A stretch of DNA of 64,000 nt from Candidatus Eiseniibacteriota bacterium. GTDB lineage: Bacteria > Eisenbacteria > RBG-16-71-46 > CAZAMP01. A model generated the notes under the pieces. The model was not told the origin of the DNA. It ran no database searches and saw only the letters and a program-made list of their open reading frames with translations. The translations under genes were made by a program, and so were the position numbers. Numbering within the stretch: position 1 is the first letter of the stretch; every line of letters begins with the position of its first letter. Shown piece by piece: positions 57,307 to 64,000 of the stretch. Location: assembly GCA_965224245.1 (NCBI GenBank), contig OZ245046.1, positions 4,992,001-5,056,000 of the forward strand, in the 5' to 3' direction.

Positions 57307-58668
57307 GTGGATGTCAGACGATCGGTTCGACATCGGAGAGGCACCGCCCCGGGGGCGAGCACGAGCCCGTTTCCGATCCGCCCGCGAGTGCGCGTGCGGT
57401 CCCGCCGAGCGGCCGCCCACCGGATGGTGTCCGTGGTGGCCGGCCTGTCCGCGGGCGTTGCCATCCACGCCGAGGCCATGGACATCAGCGAGCTCTACAT
57501 CAGTGGCTTCGTCAGTCAGGGCTACGTCAACACGAGCGAGAACGACTTTCGGCTACCCAACGCCACCGAGGGGACGTTCGACTTCAACGAGGCGGCCATC
57601 GCCGTCTCGGTCATGCCGAGCCCTCGCTTCCGGGTCGGGATCCAGTTCACCGCACGCGACTTCGGCGACAATGGCAACAACCAGGTCATGCTGGACTGGG
57701 GATACGGCGACTTCCGCTGGCGGGACGAGCTGGGCATTCGCGCGGGCAAGGTCAAGGTCACCTGGGGGCTGTTCAACCATCTTCGTGACCTGGACTTCGC
57801 GCGCACGTCGATCTTCCTGCCGCACAGCGTCTACAACGAGGACCTGCGCGACTTCGCGCTCGCGGTGCAGGGCGCCTCGATCTATGGAAATGCGTGTGGC
57901 GGCGAGACAGGTAACCTCGACTACGAGGTCTACGCCGGCGCCTACAACGTACCCGATCCGGATCAAGGGCTCTGGAACACCGAGTGGCGGTACGCGGGGC
58001 AGCAGATCGCGGCCGCATTCGAGGGGATGGACGGAATCGCCGGCGCGCGCTTCGGGGGTGTTCTCGAGCCGAGCGTCCACTTTCCGTGGGCGATCGGCGG
58101 GTCGTTGTTCTGGAACACGCCGGTGGTGGGTCTTCGCGTGGGTACCAGCTGGATCAGGACCGAAGCCGAGGGGTCGGCCCGCCTCATCTTCGATCTGGAG
58201 CTCGAGAACGACGACGGGACCATCGACCAGACCCGCACCGACGTCGTGACGCGTTTCGAGTCGCACGTCGATCAGCTGGCGGTGCACTCGATCGAGTACG
58301 TGCACGGCCGCCTGGCGTTGTCCGCGGAGTATTACCGTGAGGTCATCGGCTATCCCGCGTCCGACGGGTGGTACGCGATGGTCGGCTACGAGCTGACGGA
58401 CTGGCTGACACTGGGCGGGTACCGCGCGGTCTCCCATCGAAACATCCACGATCGCGACGGCACGAAGTCCGCCACCGAGGAGGAGCCCGCCGAGGCCTGG
58501 TACCTGAAGGACTGGACGGCCACGGCGCGGGTCGACATCCTCGACAACTGGCTGGTGAAGCTCGAGTACCATCGGATGCACGGCCTCGGCTTCCTGGAAC
58601 GGGCGCTCGCCGGGGAGGGCGACGCGGACTGGGACATCCTCGCCGTGAAGAGCACGGTGCACTTCTAG
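57307..58668 (+). CDS. Outer-membrane beta-barrel (porin-like); start GTG 57307 or ATG 57424
   Basis: 'GF.SQGY', 'LDWGYGD', 'GIRAGK', amphipathic strands, C-terminal Phe. Confidence 0.8.
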   Translation: MDVRRSVRHRRGTAPGASTSPFPIRPRVRVRSRRAAAHRMVSVVAGLSAGVAIHAEAMDISELYISGFVSQGYVNTSENDFRLPNATEGTFDFNEAAIAVSVMPSPRFRVGIQFTARDFGDNGNNQVMLDWGYGDFRWRDELGIRAGKVKVTWGLFNHLRDLDFARTSIFLPHSVYNEDLRDFALAVQGASIYGNACGGETGNLDYEVYAGAYNVPDPDQGLWNTEWRYAGQQIAAAFEGMDGIAGARFGGVLEPSVHFPWAIGGSLFWNTPVVGLRVGTSWIRTEAEGSARLIFDLELENDDGTIDQTRTDVVTRFESHVDQLAVHSIEYVHGRLALSAEYYREVIGYPASDGWYAMVGYELTDWLTLGGYRAVSHRNIHDRDGTKSATEEEPAEAWYLKDWTATARVDILDNWLVKLEYHRMHGLGFLERALAGEGDADWDILAVKSTVHF

Positions 58669-58682
58669 TGGGGAGGCTCGAC

Positions 58683-59123
58683 GTGCGAAGCTTCGCCAGA
58701 CTTCTCGCCGTGCTGCTGGCGGTTCTCGTCCTCACTCCGTTCGATCCGGTCACGTCGGTTGCGTCGGCCGAGGTTCACCTGATCGCACACCCGTCGGTGC
58801 CGGACGACACCCTCGCGGTCTCCGACGTACAGCGAATCTACCTGGGCAAGCGCAGCCGCTGGAGCGATCGATCCGCGGTCGTGCCCTCGATGCTGTCCGG
58901 CGGCGACGTGCACGAGACGTTCGTGTCGGAGATGCTGGGCCGGTCGGTGAGCCGGTTCGACAGCTTCTGGAAGCAGGCCGTCTTCACCGGGAAAGGCATC
59001 CCGCCGAAGTCGTTCGACAGCGAGGAGGCGATCCTCGCGTTCGTGGCCTCGACCCCCGGCGCGATCGGATACGTGTCCGACACCGTCCAGGTGGACGGCG
59101 TTCGGATCATCGTCGTCGAGTAG
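58683..59123 (+). CDS. Small periplasmic binding-protein-like protein (phosphate-ABC-SBP-like)
   Basis: 'IYLGK..RW', 'W...VFTGKG.PP', 'VA.TPGAIGYV'; GGAGG SD. An in-frame GTG at 58668 overlaps the porin stop. Confidence 0.85.
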   Translation: MRSFARLLAVLLAVLVLTPFDPVTSVASAEVHLIAHPSVPDDTLAVSDVQRIYLGKRSRWSDRSAVVPSMLSGGDVHETFVSEMLGRSVSRFDSFWKQAVFTGKGIPPKSFDSEEAILAFVASTPGAIGYVSDTVQVDGVRIIVVE

Positions 59124-59125
59124 CC

Positions 59126-59140
59126 GTGGAGCTCGCGTGA
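59126..59140 (+). other. Bridging mini-ORF variant (VELA*)
   Basis: GTG begins 2 nt after TAG 59121-59123; its TGA 59138-59140 overlaps GTG 59137. Confidence 0.35.
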
Positions 59141-61185
59141 AGTTCACGCACAAGATCTTCCTGATGCCGCTCCTGGCCGCGGTGGCGTTCGCCGTCGTGT
59201 TCATGGTCGTGCGTCGAGGCACGAACGACGATCGTGCGCTCCTGGCCCAGGTCGAGGGCGGCAACTTCCGTGAGTTTGCGCTGGGTCTCCACCTCGAGCG
59301 CACGGTGCTCCAGATCCGCCAGATCCTGCTCAACGCCACCTACCTCGAGGAGATCGCCGAGATCGAGGAGGCGGACACCTACCGCGAGATCTTCACCGGG
59401 CTGATCGCCGCCGGACGCGCGGAGCCGCTCGTCGACCACCAGACGCTGGATCGCCTGGAGGGTGCGTTCCTCGAGTACTACGACCTGGCCCGATCCACCA
59501 CGGTCGATCTGATCGAGAAGGGATACGACAAGCTGGAGGAGGACGACTACGCACGCTTCGCCCAGAAGGTCGAGCGCGAGGAGGCGCTCCTGGAGGAGCT
59601 GAGACGGGTCACGCAGGCCAACGACGCGGGGATGAAGCGCGCGTTCGACACGATGTGGGAGCAGCAGGAGCGGCGGGCCCGCAGCGTCCACGTGACCATC
59701 GTCCTCGCGCTGCTGACGCTGGTGGCGCTTTCGCTGGGAGTGATCGCGTCGGTGGTCCGGCCGCTCCGTTCGATCACGCGCGCCACGGAGGCCATCGCCG
59801 ACGGCAAGCTCGACGAGACGATCGATTACCGTTCCCAGGACGATCTCGGACGTCTCGCGGGGTCGTTCAGATGCATGCAGCAGAGCCTGAGCGACGAGTT
59901 CGAGCGGCGATCCCGGGCCGAGAGCGCGCTTCGCCTCAGCGAGGAGCGGCTGGAGCTTGCGTTCCACGTGGCGTCGGACGGGCTCTGGGACTACGACGTG
60001 CCGAACGAGTCGCTGTACATGAGCCCGCGGTTCTTCGAGCTGCTCGGCTACGAGCCCGAGGAGCTGGGCGATACCATGCGGATGATCCAGGAGATCACCC
60101 ATCCCGAGGATGCAGCGGAGACCGAGGCGGCGTACGTGGCCCATCTCCGTACCGGGGAGCCGATCGACATCGAGCATCGCGTCCGGCGCAAGGACGGAAC
60201 CTGGTGCTGGATCCACGTTCGCGGCGAGGTCGTCGAGAACGATCTCCGGGGCCGTCCCCGGCGCAGCATCGGCGCGTGCACCGACATCACCTTGCGCAAG
60301 GAGGCCGAGGAGCAGCTCGCGATCGCGCAGCAGGAGCTCGTGGACGCCGCCCACAGCGCCGGGATGGCCGAGATCGCGACCAGCGTCCTCCACAACGTCG
60401 GCAACGTGCTGAATGCCGCGACCACGTCGGCCGGTGTCCTTTCGCGGACGCTGGCACAGTCCAGGGTGAACACGCTGGTCCGGCTCGCCGACGTGGTCCA
60501 CGCACACGCCGAGGACTTTCCCGAGTACGTGAGGAACGATCCCCAGGGGCGAAAGCTCCCGGGCTTCCTCGGGCAGCTGGCCGAGGTCGTGGCCGGCGAG
60601 TGGAAGCGTCTCGGCGAGGAGGTGGCCAACATCACCAAGAGCCACGACCACATCAAGGACATCATCGCCATTCAACAGAGCTACGCCGGGGTCTCGGGCG
60701 TCACCGAGGACGTGTCGCCCACGGTGCTCATCGAAGACGCCGTCCACCTCCTGGGGGCGTCGTTCGAGCGCCACCACATTCGCTTCTCGGTCGACGCCGA
60801 TCCCACCCTGCGCTCCATCCGGGTCGAGAAGCACAAGGTCATGCAGATCCTGATCAACTTGCTCAAGAACGCTCGCGACGCCCTCAAGGAGCACGGCGGG
60901 GAACGACGGATACTCGTGCGGGTGGATCGCAAGTCGGACTCCGAGATCACGATATCGGTGGTCGACAACGGGATCGGGATCTCCGCCGAGAATCTCGAGC
61001 GCGTGTTCACGTACGGCTTCACCACGAAGCCGGACGGACACGGGTACGGTCTTCACGGCAGCGCCAACGCGGCCCGCGAGATGGGTGGGTCGTTGACGGT
61101 GTCCAGCGACGGACCCGGGCGGGGAGCGACGTTCACGCTGACGCTGCCCAGGAACGAGGACACCGTGACGAGGAGGCGGGCGTGA
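59137..61185 (+). CDS. Sensor histidine kinase (periplasmic helical domain, HAMP, PAS, HisKA, HATPase)
   Basis: Two TMs; PAS 'GLWD..HPED'; 'VLHNVGNVLN'; 'FTTKPDGHGYGLH'. Confidence 0.92.
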   Translation: MKFTHKIFLMPLLAAVAFAVVFMVVRRGTNDDRALLAQVEGGNFREFALGLHLERTVLQIRQILLNATYLEEIAEIEEADTYREIFTGLIAAGRAEPLVDHQTLDRLEGAFLEYYDLARSTTVDLIEKGYDKLEEDDYARFAQKVEREEALLEELRRVTQANDAGMKRAFDTMWEQQERRARSVHVTIVLALLTLVALSLGVIASVVRPLRSITRATEAIADGKLDETIDYRSQDDLGRLAGSFRCMQQSLSDEFERRSRAESALRLSEERLELAFHVASDGLWDYDVPNESLYMSPRFFELLGYEPEELGDTMRMIQEITHPEDAAETEAAYVAHLRTGEPIDIEHRVRRKDGTWCWIHVRGEVVENDLRGRPRRSIGACTDITLRKEAEEQLAIAQQELVDAAHSAGMAEIATSVLHNVGNVLNAATTSAGVLSRTLAQSRVNTLVRLADVVHAHAEDFPEYVRNDPQGRKLPGFLGQLAEVVAGEWKRLGEEVANITKSHDHIKDIIAIQQSYAGVSGVTEDVSPTVLIEDAVHLLGASFERHHIRFSVDADPTLRSIRVEKHKVMQILINLLKNARDALKEHGGERRILVRVDRKSDSEITISVVDNGIGISAENLERVFTYGFTTKPDGHGYGLHGSANAAREMGGSLTVSSDGPGRGATFTLTLPRNEDTVTRRRA

Positions 61186-62564
61186 ACGACCCGACGGCCC
61201 GCAACAACCGGATCCTGATCGTGGACGATCAGGAGCAGATCCACGCCGACTACCGGAAGATCCTGGTCCTGGAGGACGTGGCCACGCGCGAGTTCGTCTC
61301 GGCGGAGGCCGACTTCTTCGGCGAGGCCGCGACCACGCGATCGCTTCCGGAGTACGAGATCGAGTCCGCGTACCAGGGGACCGAGGCCGTCGATCTCATC
61401 GAGGCCGCCTGTGCGGCCCGCCGGCCGTACGCGATGGCCTTCATGGACGTTCGCATGCCCCCCGGCATCGACGGCGTCGAGACCACACGACGGGTCTTCG
61501 AGGTCGACTCCGAGATCCAGATCGTGATCTCCACCGCCTACGCGGACTACGCCTGGGAGGACATCTACGGCGAGTTCGGCTCGAACGATCGGATGCTGTT
61601 TCTCCGAAAGCCGTTCGACACGGTGGAGGTTCACCAGGTCGCGAGCACGCTCACCGAGAAGTGGACGCTGGCACGACGGGCCAACCTCCGGCTCGACGAG
61701 CTGGAGTCACTCGTGGAGCAACGCACGAGCGAGCTGGAGCACGCGCTCTCCGATCTGAGGACGGCCCAGGCACAGATCGTCCAGGCCGAGCGCATGAGCG
61801 CCATCGGGAAGCTGGTGGCCGGCCTGGCCCACGAGCTGAACACGCCGCTCGGCGTCCTACGATCGGCGTTCGACGTGACCGAGCGGAGCGTGTCGATCAT
61901 CCGGGGCGCCGGAGCCACGCCGGGAGACGAGGGCGCGCCGATGGTCGCAGGCGGCATGGCGATCTCCGACACCGAACGCACGCGACGGGTGGAGAAGGCG
62001 TGGGCGGCCCTGACGCAGAACCAGCGCATGGCGGCCGAAGCCACCGAGCGCGTGTCCGAGCTCGTCGGCGAGCTGCGGAGCTTCAGTCGCCTGGACGAGG
62101 CCGAGAAGCAAGAGCTCGACCTCCGAGACGCGCTGGACAACACGCTCAACGTGCTGCGCGCGAGCATCCCCGATCGCGTGGAGATCGTCCGCGAGTACAC
62201 GGACACACCCCGGGTGACCGCTCACGCCCGTGAGCTGAACCAGGTCTTCCACAACCTGATCACGAACGCGGTTCGTGCCGTGGACGGCGACGGGCGCATC
62301 ACCCTCCGCGTCGCGCCCGACTCGTCGACCGGGGAGGTCGTCGTGGTCGTCGAGGACACCGGCCGCGGCATTCCCCCCGAGAGGCTGGCCACGCTCTTCG
62401 ACGTACAGTTCTCGGCCAGCTCCCGGGTCAAGATGGGGTGGGGGCTCGCGATCGGCCACCAGATCCTCCAGCGGCACGGAGGCTCACTCACCGCCACGAG
62501 CCGCCCCGGCGTGGGAAGCGCGTTCACGGTCCGATTGCCGGCGACGTCGGGCTGGACGGTCTAG
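61182..62564 (+). CDS. Hybrid REC-histidine kinase
   Basis: GTG 61182 overlap with AGGAGG SD; 'ILIVDD', 'FMDVRMPPG', 'HELNTPLG', 'DTGRGI'; atypical G2 box 'KMGWGL'. Confidence 0.9.
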   Translation: MNDPTARNNRILIVDDQEQIHADYRKILVLEDVATREFVSAEADFFGEAATTRSLPEYEIESAYQGTEAVDLIEAACAARRPYAMAFMDVRMPPGIDGVETTRRVFEVDSEIQIVISTAYADYAWEDIYGEFGSNDRMLFLRKPFDTVEVHQVASTLTEKWTLARRANLRLDELESLVEQRTSELEHALSDLRTAQAQIVQAERMSAIGKLVAGLAHELNTPLGVLRSAFDVTERSVSIIRGAGATPGDEGAPMVAGGMAISDTERTRRVEKAWAALTQNQRMAAEATERVSELVGELRSFSRLDEAEKQELDLRDALDNTLNVLRASIPDRVEIVREYTDTPRVTAHARELNQVFHNLITNAVRAVDGDGRITLRVAPDSSTGEVVVVVEDTGRGIPPERLATLFDVQFSASSRVKMGWGLAIGHQILQRHGGSLTATSRPGVGSAFTVRLPATSGWTV

Positions 62565-63268
62565 AAGCGTCCCGGGTACAGAACGTCGATCGCCAGCGAG
62601 AAGGCCGGGCGTACCAGGAACTGCGACAGCCGCCACGCCAGGAACAGACCCACGAACGCGATCGGACCGCCCCGCATGAACTCGTTCACCGCCCGGGCGC
62701 GATCGTCGGAGAGGAACAGCCCCAGGACGGTGATGCCGTCCAGCGGCGGTACGGGGATCAGATTGAACACGCCCAGCCACAGGTTGAGCGCGAACAGGAT
62801 GCTGAGACCGATGGCCAGCGGGTGGGGGGCGCCGGGCTCGGGTCCGGCGACGATCGAGACGAAGCTGATCGTGTTCGGCATGCTCAGCGCACCGGTCATG
62901 ATCAGTGCGCGGATCAGGATCCCCACCACCACCACGATCGCGAAGTTGGCCAGAGGTCCGGCCAGCGCCATCCACGCGGCGCGACGGGGATGGCGATACT
63001 GCCAGCGCGCGTCGAACGGCGCGCTCGCCCACCCGATCATGAAGCCCATCCAGAGATAGCTGACGATGGGGACGATGATCGTCCCCAGCGGCTCGCGCCG
63101 CATGTGGGGCATCGGATTCAGGGTCAGCGAGCCCGCGGCGTACGCGGTGAGGTCGCCGCCGCGCTTCGCGGCCCACGCGTGCGCGGCCTCGTGGCACGTG
63201 AAGGAGAACAGGAAGCACACGTACCAGATGATACCCAGGGCAACGATGTTCGGATCGTAGGCGTCCAT
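62561..63268 (-). CDS. Site-2 protease (M50 family)
   Basis: HEAAH, 'ALAGPLAN', 'FNLIPVPPLDG'. Confidence 0.92.
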   Translation of the reverse strand: MDAYDPNIVALGIIWYVCFLFSFTCHEAAHAWAAKRGGDLTAYAAGSLTLNPMPHMRREPLGTIIVPIVSYLWMGFMIGWASAPFDARWQYRHPRRAAWMALAGPLANFAIVVVVGILIRALIMTGALSMPNTISFVSIVAGPEPGAPHPLAIGLSILFALNLWLGVFNLIPVPPLDGITVLGLFLSDDRARAVNEFMRGGPIAFVGLFLAWRLSQFLVRPAFSLAIDVLYPGRF

Positions 63269-63289
63269 GCGTGAGATCCTAATCTCGCG

Positions 63290-63298
63290 TGCTATGAT
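63290..63298 (+). promoter_or_regulatory. Extended -10 (TGcTATGAT) for glgC
   Basis: Near-consensus TGnTATaAT about 100 nt upstream of the start. Confidence 0.5.
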
Positions 63299-63402
63299 CC
63301 GCCAGTCCTATGCTGCGGTGTCCATCGAGCACGCCGTCCGACAGCGGGAGACGGCGACGGTGGACGACATGCATTCCCGGGGGAGCCGTCGTGGGTCAAT
63401 GG

Positions 63403-64000
63403 ATGGACCGGGTCGGAGACGTCATCGTGGTCATCCTCGGTGGCGGCCGCGGAATGCGGCTCGATCCGCTCACCCGGATGCGAAGCAAGCCGGCGGTGCC
63501 CATCGCGGGCAAGTACCGGCTGATCGACATCCCGATCAGCAACTGCATCCACTCCCAGATGCGCCGCATGCTCCTCCTGACCCAGTTCAACTCGATCTCG
63601 CTGCACCGTCACATCTCGTCCACGTACAAGTTCGACCCGTTCTCGCGGGGCTTCGTCGAGATCGTGGCCGCTCAGCAGACCCCGGAAGGACAGCGGTGGT
63701 TCCAGGGCACGGCCGACGCCGTCCGACAGAACCTCCACCTCATTCGCGAGCTGCGCGGCGACCGCGTGCTGATCCTGGCCGGTGACCACATGTACCGCGC
63801 CGACTACCGGGAGATGCTCTTCGATCACCTCGAGCACGACGCCGACATCTCCATCGCCGTCTACCCGTGTGGTCGCGCCGAGATCGCCGGCTTCGGCGCG
63901 GTTCGCGTGGACGAGAGCGGCCGGATCGTCGAGTTCCGCGAGAAGCCAAAGGACGATGCGGCGCTCGCGGGCATGGAGGTGGCCGACTCGCTGCGCGCCA
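63403..64000 (+). CDS. glgC: Glucose-1-phosphate adenylyltransferase (3' truncated by window edge)
   Basis: 'ILGGGRGMRLDPLT..RSKPAVPIAGKYRLIDIPISNC', 'WFQGTADAVRQN', 'GDHMYR', 'FREKP'. Not in the ORF track because no stop falls in the window. Alternative GTG at 63391. Confidence 0.95.
   Translation, partial: MDRVGDVIVVILGGGRGMRLDPLTRMRSKPAVPIAGKYRLIDIPISNCIHSQMRRMLLLTQFNSISLHRHISSTYKFDPFSRGFVEIVAAQQTPEGQRWFQGTADAVRQNLHLIRELRGDRVLILAGDHMYRADYREMLFDHLEHDADISIAVYPCGRAEIAGFGAVRVDESGRIVEFREKPKDDAALAGMEVADSLRA

Noticed and set aside
59655-61181. N-terminal extension of the REC-kinase ORF
   Set aside because: Alternate frame over the upstream kinase; a GTG with strong SD lies at 61182.
1-64000. 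Frequent CGATCG/GCGATCGC (HIP1-like) words
   Set aside because: Plausibly explained by GCG-ATC-GCN and ATC-GAC codon usage; enrichment cannot be claimed without a codon-aware count.

Overview
A GC-rich, gene-dense window of about 41 protein-coding genes from a diderm bacterium. I found no rRNA, tRNA, CRISPR array or mobile element. Four secreted proteins end in FlgD-Ig/T9SS-like tails and one ends in a 'SWGHIKSTY' tail, which suggests (inference only) an FCB-related candidate lineage such as Eisenbacteria, Krumholzibacteriota or Latescibacterota. In order, the window holds: a secreted-protein operon (HEXXH peptidase, prenyltransferase-repeat/CARDB and FN3 proteins); YfiR, a CHASE8-type hybrid kinase and a Ser/Thr kinase-FGE fusion; DUF2167; a GNAT and a GAFTGA-less bEBP; two ECF sigma factors; a thioredoxin-TPR protein; an RND pump whose TolC carries a binding-protein-like N-terminus; FIST and a hybrid kinase; VWA; TPR/FG-GAP/ASPIC-UnbV; a nitrilase; Skp; a four-gene DUF6754 membrane cluster; an STK/TPR-BACON/YWTD-FN3 operon; a histidine kinase, NTT-HEAT, cNMP-binding protein and response regulator followed by porin, small binding protein and two more kinases; a site-2 protease; and partial glgC. 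Three things stand out. (1) Tiny ORFs repeatedly bridge short intra-operon gaps, overlapping both the upstream stop and the downstream start, a candidate termination-reinitiation relay. (2) The DUF6754 four-gene membrane complex is uncharacterised. (3) A sensorless kinase is translationally coupled to a nucleotide-transporter-HEAT/cNMP module. All family calls come from motif recognition by eye, not database searches.
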